Below are positions 53,699 through 63,711 of a stretch of 64,000 nucleotides of DNA, in pieces. The stretch's first letter is position 1. Every line of letters starts with the position of its first letter. A program made the position numbers and the translations under genes. The notes under the pieces were generated by a model. That model was not told the DNA's origin. It did not search any database and saw only the letters and a list, made by a program, of their open reading frames with translations. Source of the DNA: an uncultured Verrucomicrobiae bacterium (GTDB taxonomy: Bacteria; Verrucomicrobiota; Verrucomicrobiia; Opitutales; JABDGR01); the NCBI GenBank assembly GCA_963765205.1, contig CAVXVB010000002.1, positions 128,001-192,000 on the forward strand, given 5' to 3'.

Positions 53699-54622
53699 AT
53701 GAACATCAAATCATTCGCCCTGCTGGCGTTCGCCGTCAGCTTCCTAGTCGCCGCCAGTCCGCGCACCGCGGCCCAAACCGCGCCTGCGGCCACGCCAGCG
53801 TCGGCCGCCGCCGCTTCGTCTGATGTTAAGCCGCAATTGCAGGCCCTCGTCCAAAAGATCAACACGAAGTTGCAAGCAGGCGCCCATAGCGAAAGCGACC
53901 TGGCGCCGGAATTGAAGGAATTCGACGCCATTCTCGCGGCGCATAAGGGGGAAAAGTCCGACGACCTCGCCCAAGTCGCGTTCATGAAGGCGCAATTATA
54001 TCTGGAGGTCTTTGATCAGGCGGACAAGGCGCTGCCCATGCTTCAGCAGTTGGTGAAAGATTTCCCAGACACGGCCGTGGCCAAGCAAATTGCACCGGCC
54101 CTGCCCCAGCTCGCCGCCCAGATTGCAGCCGACGCGGGGGCGGCGGCCATCCGCGCCCAGCTCGCCGTGGGCACGGCGTTCCCGGATTTTTCCGTCAAGG
54201 ACCTCGCCGGCAAGCCGCTGTCCGTGGCCAATTACAAAGGCAAGGTCGTGCTGGTGGACTTCTGGGCCACCTGGTGCGGGCCGTGCGTGCAGGAGATGCC
54301 CAATGTCATCGCCGCCTATGGTAAATATCACGATAAGGGATTTGAGATTATCGGCGTCAGCCTGGACGATGACGCGGATAAGGGTCGCGACAAGCTCACC
54401 GCCTTCATCACGCAGAATAAAATGCCCTGGGTGCAGTATTACGACGGCAAGCACTGGCAAACCGACCTGGCGGTGAAATACGGCGTCCATCAGATCCCCA
54501 CCAGCTACCTGCTTGATGGCACGGGTAAAATTATCGCCCTATCGCCGCGTGGACCGGACCTGGCCCCGGCGATTGAAAAAGCCCTGGCCACGCTGGCCCC
54601 GGTGACCAAGCCCGCGAACTGA
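53699..54622 (+). CDS. TlpA/ResA-type thiol-disulfide oxidoreductase
   Basis: Signal peptide, DFWATWCGPC, GVSLD and IPT motifs. Confidence 0.92.
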   Translation: MNIKSFALLAFAVSFLVAASPRTAAQTAPAATPASAAAASSDVKPQLQALVQKINTKLQAGAHSESDLAPELKEFDAILAAHKGEKSDDLAQVAFMKAQLYLEVFDQADKALPMLQQLVKDFPDTAVAKQIAPALPQLAAQIAADAGAAAIRAQLAVGTAFPDFSVKDLAGKPLSVANYKGKVVLVDFWATWCGPCVQEMPNVIAAYGKYHDKGFEIIGVSLDDDADKGRDKLTAFITQNKMPWVQYYDGKHWQTDLAVKYGVHQIPTSYLLDGTGKIIALSPRGPDLAPAIEKALATLAPVTKPAN

Positions 54623-54628
54623 GGCGGC

Positions 54629-55483
54629 TTATTTCCCACTCACGGCGTGTTCCTCGCCCCAGCGGAGTTTGTCGCGCAGGATGGCGAAGTGCGAATGGCC
54701 GGGTGGCTGGAGCAGCGCGAGCGTGCGTTCGTCGAGGGTGACTTCAAGGGGCCAGACCTCGCCACCTTGAAAGCAGGGCTGCCCATCGCAGGATACGACG
54801 GGGTGAGTGTCCTCGTCCAGGCCACGGACTTCGAGCCGGGTGTCTTCGGCGAAAATCACCGAGCGGTTGGTCAGTGTATGAGGGCAGATGGGCGTGAGGG
54901 CCAGCACGCGCGCGTGCGGATGGATGAGTGGGCCGCCGGCGGACAGGTTGTAGGCGGTCGAACCGGTCGGCGTCGCAAAAATCAGGCCGTCGGCATGGTA
55001 TTCGTTGACCACTTTGCCGTCGGACATGACCTCGAGCGAGATGAGGCGCGAGAGGCTGGGGTGCTTCAACACGATGTCGTTGAGCGCGAGCGCCGTGCGC
55101 CCGTCCCCCGTGCGCGCGCGCAGCAGGGTGCGGCGCGCGAGATGGTAGTCGCCCGCGAGCAGACGCGCGAAAATCACCGGGGCCTCCTGCACGGGAATGG
55201 TCGCCAAAAAACCCAGCTTGCCGCGGTTGATGCCGAAGACGGGAACTTGCGCCGCGACCGCCTCGCCCACCACGCTCAAAATCGTGCCGTCGCCGCCGAG
55301 CACGCAGCAGGCGTCCTGGTTTTTCAGGAAACCCGCGGGGATGGGAAATTGGTCCGTCAGGGCAACTTTAACTTTTTGGGCGCGCGCAATCTTCGCCAAC
55401 TCGGCGGCCAGTTCGGCCGCGCCGGGTTTGGCGCGGTTGACGACGAAGGCCAGGCGGCGCAGCGGCGGCGAAGAGGCGGGCAT
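54629..55483 (-). CDS. nadK: NAD kinase
   Basis: GGDGT, GKLGFL, LND and TPTGSTAYNLSAGG motifs. Confidence 0.96.
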   Translation of the reverse strand: MPASSPPLRRLAFVVNRAKPGAAELAAELAKIARAQKVKVALTDQFPIPAGFLKNQDACCVLGGDGTILSVVGEAVAAQVPVFGINRGKLGFLATIPVQEAPVIFARLLAGDYHLARRTLLRARTGDGRTALALNDIVLKHPSLSRLISLEVMSDGKVVNEYHADGLIFATPTGSTAYNLSAGGPLIHPHARVLALTPICPHTLTNRSVIFAEDTRLEVRGLDEDTHPVVSCDGQPCFQGGEVWPLEVTLDERTLALLQPPGHSHFAILRDKLRWGEEHAVSGK

Positions 55484-55531
55484 AAGAAAATTCAATCCTA
55501 CCCGGATGGAAAAGGGAAGCGTGGAATGAGC

Positions 55532-55680
55532 GTGAATGGTGAAGTGTGAAGTGTGGAGTGTGAAGTGTGGAACTGGAGCGTCAGACAGCTTGGAAGTTTG
55601 ACGGTGAACAAGCTTTAATAGTTCAGAGAGAACCGCTTACTCGGTGGTTTCAACTTCACACTTCACACTCCACATTTCAC
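55532..55680. repeat. Inverted tandem heptamer arms (GTGAAGT vs ACTTCAC)
   Basis: About six units on the left and four on the right; the right arm includes the tlyA stop codon. Confidence 0.88.
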
Positions 55681-56471
55681 GCTTTTTTCTCCAGCCCCAC
55701 CAAAAACTCCACGTTGCCGTCGCCGCCGCGCAGGGGTGACTCCAGTTCGCCGAAAATTGTGGCGCCGGGCAGTTCGGTTAGGCAGAATGATTGGATATTT
55801 GTTAATATTCGTTGATGAATGGCGGGGTCGCGGATGATGCCGCGCCCCGCGGAGGCCTCGCTTTTCGTCGCCTCAAACTGCGGCTTGACCAGCGCGACCA
55901 GCCGGCCGCCGGGCCGCACCCGCGCCCACGCGGCGGGCAGCACTTTGGTGAGCGAAATGAACGATACGTCCACCACCACCAAGTCGTAAACCGCGCGGGG
56001 CAACGGGATGTTTTCCAAATGCCGTGCGTTGATTTTTTCCAGGCTGGTCACGCGCGGGTCGGCGCGCAATTTGGCGTGCAACTGCCCGTGGCCGACTTCC
56101 ACGCACGTCACATCCATGGCGCCGCGCTGCAGCAGGCAGTCGGTGAACCCGCCGGTCGAAGCGCCAATATCCAGTGCGTGCAGGCCGGTCACCTCGAGCG
56201 CAAACTGGGACAAAAAGGCCGCCAGTTTTTCACCGCCCCGGCTAACGAAAGGCGGCGGCTGGGCAACCGTAAGTGAAGCGTCGGCTGGCAAAAGCTGCCC
56301 CGGCTTGGCCACCATGGTGTCGGGGCCGCGGCGTACTTGGCCGGCAAGGATCAAGGCTTGCGCTTTGGTTCGGGAATCGGCCAATCCGCGATCAACCAAG
56401 AGTTGGTCAGCCCGACGGCGGTTTGGCCTGGGTTGGGAGATGCTTTTGCCTGCGGAACTCAATTTTGGCAA
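55677..56471 (-). CDS. tlyA: TlyA family rRNA methyltransferase
   Basis: S4 domain, [27 protein letters not shown] and KPQFE. Confidence 0.95.
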   Translation of the reverse strand: MPKLSSAGKSISQPRPNRRRADQLLVDRGLADSRTKAQALILAGQVRRGPDTMVAKPGQLLPADASLTVAQPPPFVSRGGEKLAAFLSQFALEVTGLHALDIGASTGGFTDCLLQRGAMDVTCVEVGHGQLHAKLRADPRVTSLEKINARHLENIPLPRAVYDLVVVDVSFISLTKVLPAAWARVRPGGRLVALVKPQFEATKSEASAGRGIIRDPAIHQRILTNIQSFCLTELPGATIFGELESPLRGGDGNVEFLVGLEKKA

Positions 56472-56536
56472 TATAAGTGTTCAAAAAGTCACCTAAAAAA
56501 GGTGAAAATTTCGAAAAAAAAGTTAAGCGAAAAACG

Positions 56537-56577
56537 TTGACGTGGGGTATAGTAGAGAATTATGGGTCATTGTGGGG
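56537..56577 (+). promoter_or_regulatory. dcw promoter region with MraZ-type GTGGG repeats
   Basis: TTGACG, then GTGGG/GTAGA/ATGGG/GTGGG at 56542, 56552, 56562 and 56572 (10-bp period). Confidence 0.75.
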
Positions 56578-56605
56578 CAAATAGTAGCCCCTTTTGCCGC
56601 TCCTT

Positions 56606-57097
56606 ATGCCTCCGCCCAACAACGAGACTCCTGTCGACCCGGTTGTCGGCTCTTTCGTAGGCACGTATCGACATACGCTCGATGCGAAGGGTCGCCTGAC
56701 AATTCCGGCCCGCTGGCGCTTCGAAGGCGACCAGGAAACGAGGACGTTCCTGGCTTTGCCCAACCCGGACGGAAGCATTACTGTCTATCCGCCGGAAATG
56801 ACGGCGCGGGTGCGGACGCTGATCCGGGCCAGCGGCGGTCCCATGGGCAACCCGAAGGAAACCGACGCGCTCGGCAAAATCATGGCCAGCGGAGATCAAT
56901 TCGGCTGTGACGCGCAGGGGCGGATTGTCCTGGCCGAGAAACTCCGCAAATACGCCGGGCTGACCAAGGAGGTCGTGCTGGTCGGCCGCTTGGAGACCTT
57001 TTCCCTGTGGGCGCCGGAACTGTGCCCGGTGCCGCCGGAAATCACGCGCGAAACCCTCGCGCTGGATCCCGCCATCGTCAAAAGCCTCGGACTGTAG
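56606..57097 (+). CDS. mraZ: Division/cell wall cluster repressor
   Basis: Two DxKGR/DAQGR SpoVT-AbrB repeats; first gene of the dcw cluster. Confidence 0.95.
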   Translation: MPPPNNETPVDPVVGSFVGTYRHTLDAKGRLTIPARWRFEGDQETRTFLALPNPDGSITVYPPEMTARVRTLIRASGGPMGNPKETDALGKIMASGDQFGCDAQGRIVLAEKLRKYAGLTKEVVLVGRLETFSLWAPELCPVPPEITRETLALDPAIVKSLGL

Positions 57098-57175
57098 GCG
57101 CGCGGCGCCCCGCTGTGCTTGGGCCATCATTTCCCCACTATACACCAAATTTCCCAAACCTAAACCAAAAAAACC

Positions 57176-57379
57176 ATGAGCCACTCGCGACATGACTTCG
57201 CCCATCGCTTCCTGCAGCGCCCATTGCGCGGCGATGCGGAGCCTTGGCAATATGTGGGCGTTTCCGTGCCCACGCGCGCCTTGTTCGACCCGGCCTCCAG
57301 CCGGATGCGCCACCGTCCTTCCCTCAAAGTCAATGCCGCCGGCTGGCGGACGCTGCTCAATGTATTGCGGATTAGATAG
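57176..57379 (+). CDS. Small Arg-rich ORF between mraZ and rsmH
   Basis: A-rich start context AAACCAAAAAAACCATG; ends next to the candidate rsmH starts. Confidence 0.55.
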   Translation: MSHSRHDFAHRFLQRPLRGDAEPWQYVGVSVPTRALFDPASSRMRHRPSLKVNAAGWRTLLNVLRIR

Positions 57380-57383
57380 CGCC

Positions 57384-58398
57384 GTGCGCTCGCGCAAGGA
57401 GGAACCGGGTTCGGCGGCGCCGAACGCCGGCTCGCTTGGGCTGCCTGCCACGGGCGAGCCGGTCTTCAGCCATACGCCCGTACTAGTGGCCGAGGTGCTG
57501 TCCCTGCTCCAGCAAAATCAGGCGGAAGGTTCGCCAAATTATTTAGATTGTACCTTTGGAGGTGGCGGGCACACAAAGGCACTCCTGGAATCCGACCCCA
57601 TGGCGCACGTCACGGCCCTCGACCGCGATCCCGCCGCGCAAGTACGGGCGGCGGTGCTTGCCACGCAATTCCCAGGTCGGCTGGAATTTCACGATATGCC
57701 TTTTTCCCGGATGGATGAACTGAACGAAACCAGATACGCCGGGGTCCTGATTCGACCTCGGCGTGTCGTCTTTCCAACTAGACGAGGCGGCGCGCGGGTT
57801 TTCCTTCCGCTACGCCGGCCCGGCGGATATGCGCCTCGACCCGCGGTCGGGGATTCCCGCGGCCCAATTTCTCGAAGAGGCCACCCGGGAGGAACTCGTT
57901 GCCGCCGTGCGCAACGCCGGCGAAGAGCCGCGCTGGCGGCGGGTCGTCGAGGCCATCCTGCGTTCGCGCGGCACCGGTCTGCTGGCGCGCACGGACACCC
58001 TGGCGGGCGTGGTGGCTGCCGCAGTGGGCGGCCCACCGACCCGGCTCCACCCCGCCACCCGCACCTTTCAGGGCCTGCGCATCACGTTGAACACCGAACT
58101 GGACGAGTTGGCGGCGGCCCTGCCCAAAGCGGTGGAACGGCTGGCGCCAGGTGGCGTGCTTGCCATCATCAGCTTTCACTCCCTCGAGGACCGTATCGCC
58201 AAGCGATTCCTCAACCGCCTCTGCGGCCGCGCCGAGCACGAGCACGATGCCACGCCGGCGCAACTGCGCACGGCCCGCGCGGAGCTGCTCACCCGCCGCC
58301 CCCTGGCGGCGGGCGAGGCGGAAGCAGCCGCAAACCCCCGCAGCCGGTCGGCCCGCTTGCGCGCGGCGCGGATGCTGCGCGCCACCCTGCGCGGCTAA
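57384..58398 (+). CDS. rsmH: 16S rRNA m4C1402 methyltransferase, frameshifted near 57750; start uncertain (57360 or 57384)
   Basis: [33 protein letters not shown] and [10 protein letters not shown] motifs. Confidence 0.95.
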
Positions 58399-58475
58399 AC
58401 CCGATTTTTTGAGGCTTCCAATATCACAATAAGACATCAAGAAACTTTATTATTTAACCTAAATTATCCAATCCC

Positions 58476-58875
58476 ATGCGCGAAAATACCTCCTGCTGGC
58501 TCCGGGCCCTGACCGCCGCCTTGTTTCTATTGCTGCTGGCCGGCGCGGCCGGCGCGGCGCTGACCATTGTGCGCCTTCGCGAGGAAGTCAGCCATCTGGC
58601 CGCGGCGACCACCCAACTGCAGGCCACCGCGGGCGAGACCACTCGGCTGCTCCAGGAAATGGGCGCCGCGGTGGCGGCAGCCCAACAGCCCGAGGTGCTC
58701 CGCGCGCGTCGTCGGCAACCGGCTCGCTCCGATGAGCGAAAAGCAAATTGTCTGGGTCCGCGCCACGGGCACCACCGCCCACCCCGAGGCGGCCACGCCA
58801 CCGCCCGCGCCGACGCTTTCCTTTCCCCGCATAGCCACACTTGAACCGGCCACCGGGCCGGGAGTTTTACGATGA
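58476..58875 (+). CDS. ftsL: FtsL-like cell division protein, frameshifted near 58710
   Basis: TM plus coiled coil, positioned between rsmH and ftsI. The second frame ends at the ftsI ATGA. Confidence 0.65.
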
Positions 58876-60693
58876 GTCGCGCCTTTGTCTCCCCTTATCG
58901 CCTCGGCACGATGACGTTCGTCATCGTGGCGGGCTTTGCCACGGTGTTTGGCCGGCTGGTGGACTTGCATGTGCTGCAGCGGCCCAAGCTGCTCGAGGTG
59001 GCAAAGCACGAGCGCGAAAAGGTGGACCTGCTCTACTCGCGCCGCGGCGACATTGTGGACCGGCTGGACAACCCGTTGGCGACATCTCGCACGGTGATGG
59101 AAGTTGGCGTGGACCCTTCGGTGGTTGAATTATCCGACCAGGCCAGGGCGAAGTGGCCTGCGCTGGCGCAGCTCCTCGGCGTGCCGGAGGCGGACCTCGA
59201 AAAGGCCTTCACCACCCAGTTCCAAGAGGTGAACTCGGACGAGGGAACGGAGCACCAGGCCATTCGTTGGAAGGTATTGAATCCCGGCCTCGAACCATCG
59301 GCTTATGAGCAGGTGCAGGCGCTGAAAATCAAAGGGGTTTACGGCAACCTCAAATACGATCGCATTTACCCGGACGGCCAGCTGGCCGCGCATGTGCTGG
59401 GCTATTTGGACAAGGATGGCGCGCCCCAATCCGGCATCGAGGCGGCCATGAATTTTTATCTCCGCGGTCAGGACGGCTGGCGGGAAACCGAGCAAGACGG
59501 CCACCACCGCGAGTTGGAACAATACAGCCGCGAGGTCAAACCCGCGGATGGCCTCAAGGTCGAGCTGACCATTGATTTGCGCCTCCAAGATTACGCGGAG
59601 CAGGAGGTGGACCGCCTGGTCAAGCAATACCAACCGCTGGGCGTGACCATCATCATGAGCGAGCCATCCTCGGGCGAAATTCTCGCGCTGGCCAATTACC
59701 CGACCTACGACCCGAACCATTATAGTGACTACCCGCTGGTGAATCTCAAAAACCGCGCGCTCAGCGATGTTTACGAACCCGGCTCGACCTTTAAGATCGT
59801 GACCGCCGCGGCGGCGCTTAATGAAGGCGTCGGTCCAACCCTCGGACACCTTTGACTGCTCGAAGGCGACTATTGATGTGAACGGCCGCACGCTCACGCT
59901 GCCCCACGATGATGAGCCGAATGGCATCCTGACGGTTGATCAAATTGTGGCGCGCTCCTCCAACCGCGGTGCGGCGAACATCGGCGTGTTGCTGGGTCCG
60001 ACGCGGCTGCACGACTACGCGGCTGCCTTTGGTTTCGGCCAGACGACGAACTTCGGCCTGGCGGGCGAATCGCGCGGGGAGTTGCACTCCATCCGGGATT
60101 TCGACCTCGACAAATTGTTGATTACCCGCGTGCCGATGGGACAAGGGGTGGACGCCACCGCGCTGCAAGTCCACCAGGCTATGTCGGTCGTGGCCAACCA
60201 CGGGGTGCTGATGGAACCGCACATTGTCCGTAGGATCATGGACGCCAATAAAGCGACCGTGGTGGAATTCGACCCTAAAGCGGTGCGGCGCGTTATCACC
60301 AACAACACGGCGGATACGCTCAACACCATGCTTTGCGAGGTGGTCAAGGAAGGCACCGCGACGCGCGCGAGCCTGGGTGATATCACCGTGGCGGGCAAAA
60401 CTGGCACGACGCAGAAACTCGTGGATGGCAAGTATTCGACCGACCACCACGTATCAACCTTTTCCGGCTACCTGCCCGCCGAGCTGCCGCGCCTGGTCAT
60501 CACCGTGATTGTGGATGACGCGAAAATGAAAGGCAACGCGACCGCCTATGGCGGCATCGTTTCCGCCGCGGCCTTCAAGCAGTTGGCCACGGACGCTGTG
60601 AATTACCTGGGCATCCAGCCCTACACCCAGCCCGGCGCCGGGCGCAATAACCTTGTCGCAATGAAAGGAGACAATCTTGATTGGTTTCGCTGA
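58872..60693 (+). CDS. ftsI: Class B PBP (FtsI/PBP3), frameshifted near 59830
   Basis: RRGDIVDR, EPGSTFK (SxxK), SSN (SxN) and KTGT motifs. Confidence 0.93.
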
Positions 60694-62275
60694 TCTGGAG
60701 AACAGACTCGGTGCCAGCCCCTTCCTGCTGGCCGCGCGACTCGCGGCCCGGGCGGAGAGCGAACGCCGCGGTCGCGCCTGCATGGACCACACGCTGAAAC
60801 ATTTGCTCGCCGGCACCACGGTGCTGGCCTGGCGCGGCGATGCCGACCGCACCGTCACCAGCCTGGTGACGGACAGCCGCCGGGTGGTGCCGGGCGCGCT
60901 CTTTTTCGCGCTCGAAGGCACGCGGGTTAACGGCGCGGACTTTGTCGAGGAGGCGGTGGGCCGCGGCGCGGTCGCCGTGGTGTCCGCGCGCGCGCCCTCG
61001 AAGCATTTGCCCGTCGTGTGGGCGCAAGTGCTCAATGTGCGCGTGGCCATGGCTGAAATCGCGCGGCGCTTTTACCGCAACCCGGACGAGGACATGTTCA
61101 TCACTGGCGTCACCGGCACCAACGGCAAGACGACAGTTTCGATGATGGCGCAATTCCTGTTGCGCGAGCCGGACGCGCTCTGCGGCCTGATCGGCACGGT
61201 GCGTTATGAAGTCGGCCCCCGCACGCTGCCCTCCTACAAAACGACGCCGGAGTCGGTGGATCTGTTCGCGCTGTTCGATCAGATGCGCGAGGCGGGTTGC
61301 ACGGCCTGCGCGATGGAAGTCAGCTCCCACGCGCTGGCGCAGGCGCGCGTGCATGGGGTGCGCTTTGACGCGGTGGGCTTCACGAATTTGACGCAGGACC
61401 ACCTCGACTACCACGAGACGCTGGATAATTATTTCAACGCGAAGGCGCAATTGTTCACGGGTGAGAGCGGCCACCAGGCGGGCGTGGCCGTAATTAATGT
61501 GGACGACCCGTATGGCCGCGTGCTCGTCGAGCGTCTGCCAGCGGGGGTCGAGGCGGTGACTTACGGATTCTCCGCGTCGGCCAGCCTGCGTGCGGTCAAC
61601 GTGGTGCTTTCGCCCGGCGGCAGCCAGTGCGAAGTCGAGTGGGCGGGCGGGCGGGCGCGCCTCCACCTCGGCCTGCCGGGCCGCTATAATATATTGAATG
61701 CCTTGTGCGCCCTCGGACTGGCCCGCGCGGCGGGGCGCGATTTGAATTTGCTCGTGCCGCGGCTGGCGCGCTTCCCGGGCGTGCCGGGCCGCATGGAAAA
61801 AATCGAGGCCGGCCAACCCTTCCAAGTCTTGGTGGATTATGCACACACGGACGACGCCCTCAGCCACGCGCTCACCATGTTGCGCGACGTGTGCGCCGGG
61901 CGTTTGCTCGTCGTCTTCGGCTGCGGCGGCAACCGCGACCGGGCCAAGCGCCCGCGCATGATGGCGGCCGTCCAGCGCTGGGCCGATTTTGCCTGGGCCA
62001 CCGCTGACAACCCGCGCAAAGAGCCGCTGGCGCAGATTTTCACCGACATGCGCGCGGGCGTCACCGCGCCGACCCGCGTGCGCTTCGTGGACGACCGCCG
62101 CCGCGCCATCGCACTCGCGCTCGAGGATGCCAAGCCCGGCGACTGCGTGCTCATCGCCGGCAAGGGCCATGAGACTTACCAGGAATTTGCCGACACCGTC
62201 GTGCCGTTCGACGACCGCCAGGCCGCCCGTGAATTGCTCAACTGGCGCTACGGCGCGCCTCCCGCCCGCTCGTGA
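60677..62275 (+). CDS. murE: UDP-MurNAc-dipeptide--meso-DAP ligase
   Basis: GTNGKTT, EVSSHAL, DHLDYH, DYAHT, DNPR and GKGHE motifs; AAGGAG before the TTG start. Confidence 0.96.
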   Translation: MIGFADLENRLGASPFLLAARLAARAESERRGRACMDHTLKHLLAGTTVLAWRGDADRTVTSLVTDSRRVVPGALFFALEGTRVNGADFVEEAVGRGAVAVVSARAPSKHLPVVWAQVLNVRVAMAEIARRFYRNPDEDMFITGVTGTNGKTTVSMMAQFLLREPDALCGLIGTVRYEVGPRTLPSYKTTPESVDLFALFDQMREAGCTACAMEVSSHALAQARVHGVRFDAVGFTNLTQDHLDYHETLDNYFNAKAQLFTGESGHQAGVAVINVDDPYGRVLVERLPAGVEAVTYGFSASASLRAVNVVLSPGGSQCEVEWAGGRARLHLGLPGRYNILNALCALGLARAAGRDLNLLVPRLARFPGVPGRMEKIEAGQPFQVLVDYAHTDDALSHALTMLRDVCAGRLLVVFGCGGNRDRAKRPRMMAAVQRWADFAWATADNPRKEPLAQIFTDMRAGVTAPTRVRFVDDRRRAIALALEDAKPGDCVLIAGKGHETYQEFADTVVPFDDRQAARELLNWRYGAPPARS

Positions 62276-62280
62276 AACTG

Positions 62281-63711
62281 ATGCCGACCTTCGCTCGCGC
62301 CATGCCCCTCTATAACCCAGCCGATCTGGCCGCCTGGACCGGCGGCGCGTGGCGCGGCCCCCTTCCGGGGCCGGCGCTGGGCCCGCTCGTCGCCGACACG
62401 CGGCGGCTGCGTCCGGGGGAAATTTTTGTCGCGCTGCGCACCGCGAAACGCGACGGCCACGATTTTCTGGAAGCCGCGCGCGCGGCGGGCGCGGGTGGGG
62501 CCCTCGTCGCGCGGGTGGATGAAAAAATTAAGTTTCCGCAGTTGCTGGTGGCTGACCCGGCGGCGGCGTGGCGCGCGGTGGCCGCCGCGCACCGGAAGAA
62601 TTTCCCCGCCCCGATTGTGGGCGTGACGGGCAGCGCGGGCAAAACTTCGACCAAAGAATTATTGCGCGGCCTGCTCGGCCCCGCCGTCCACGCCACGCAG
62701 GCCAATGAAAACAATTTGTTCGGCGTGCCGCTGACGCTCTGCGGGCTGGATCCGGTCGCCCATCGCTTCGGCGTCATCGAAGCCGGCATCAGCGAACGCG
62801 GCGAGATGGCGGAACTCGCGAAGATGATCCAACCCGACATCGCGGTCATCACGCTCGTGGCGGCGGCGCATTTGGAAAAACTCGGCTCCATCGAAGGCGT
62901 CGCGCATGAAAAGGCGCGGCTGGCGCAGGCCGTGCGCCCCGGCGGTTGGGTGGTGATGCCCGCGTCGTGCCTCGAGTATTACGTTTTTCGGCGTCTCCCC
63001 GTGCAAGCCGCGGTGGTGGCGCCAGCGGACGGTCCGGCCCCGGTCGGCCCGTCCGCACGGCTTTTTCTGTATCGCACGGAATTCCAGCCACGCACGGGCT
63101 GGCGGCTCGAAGTGTTCGAAACCGGTGGCGATGCGCAGTCGTGGAATTTGCCGCCGGCGATGACGCCCGGCTTGGCGGCCAATGCGGCACTGGCGGTGGT
63201 GACGGCGCATTTGCTCGGCGTGGCCGACGAGAAGATGCAGGCCGCGCTGGCGGCCTGGCAGCCGGCGCCGTTGCGCGGAGAATGGCTGCACCACGGCCAA
63301 AATATTTATCTGGCCGACTGCTACAATGCCAATCCCGCATCGCTGGCGGACGCGCTCGCGGGCTTCGCATTGCGCGCGCCGGCGGATCTCCCGCGACTGT
63401 ATGTCCTCGGCAGCATGGCCGAACTGGGACCGAACGCGCCCGCGCTGCACCGTATGGCGCTGGCCGGCCTGCGCCTGCGTGCACAAGATCGCGCGCTGCT
63501 CCTCGGCCCCCACGCGGAGGATTACCGCACGGCGCTGCTGGCCACCGGCCACGCGGTGGGGCAAATCGGCGTCGGATCACTAGAAGAAGCGGAGGCCGAG
63601 GTCACGAACTTTTCCGGTGCCGTGTTTTTGAAAGGCAGCCGCGCCTATGCGCTGGAGCAGTTGTTGCCGCAATCATTGCGCGAGGGCAGGGAGGCCCACG
63701 TCCCATGCTGA
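62281..63711 (+). CDS. murF: UDP-MurNAc-tripeptide--D-Ala-D-Ala ligase
   Basis: GSAGKTSTKE, DCYNANP, MAELG and KGSR motifs. Confidence 0.95.
   Translation: MPTFARAMPLYNPADLAAWTGGAWRGPLPGPALGPLVADTRRLRPGEIFVALRTAKRDGHDFLEAARAAGAGGALVARVDEKIKFPQLLVADPAAAWRAVAAAHRKNFPAPIVGVTGSAGKTSTKELLRGLLGPAVHATQANENNLFGVPLTLCGLDPVAHRFGVIEAGISERGEMAELAKMIQPDIAVITLVAAAHLEKLGSIEGVAHEKARLAQAVRPGGWVVMPASCLEYYVFRRLPVQAAVVAPADGPAPVGPSARLFLYRTEFQPRTGWRLEVFETGGDAQSWNLPPAMTPGLAANAALAVVTAHLLGVADEKMQAALAAWQPAPLRGEWLHHGQNIYLADCYNANPASLADALAGFALRAPADLPRLYVLGSMAELGPNAPALHRMALAGLRLRAQDRALLLGPHAEDYRTALLATGHAVGQIGVGSLEEAEAEVTNFSGAVFLKGSRAYALEQLLPQSLREGREAHVPC

Noticed and set aside
30057..60693. Calling cdsA, cysS, rsmH, ftsL and ftsI pseudogenes or programmed frameshifts
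   Set aside because: One indel each, no shared slippery motif and no other decay; sequencing error is more parsimonious.
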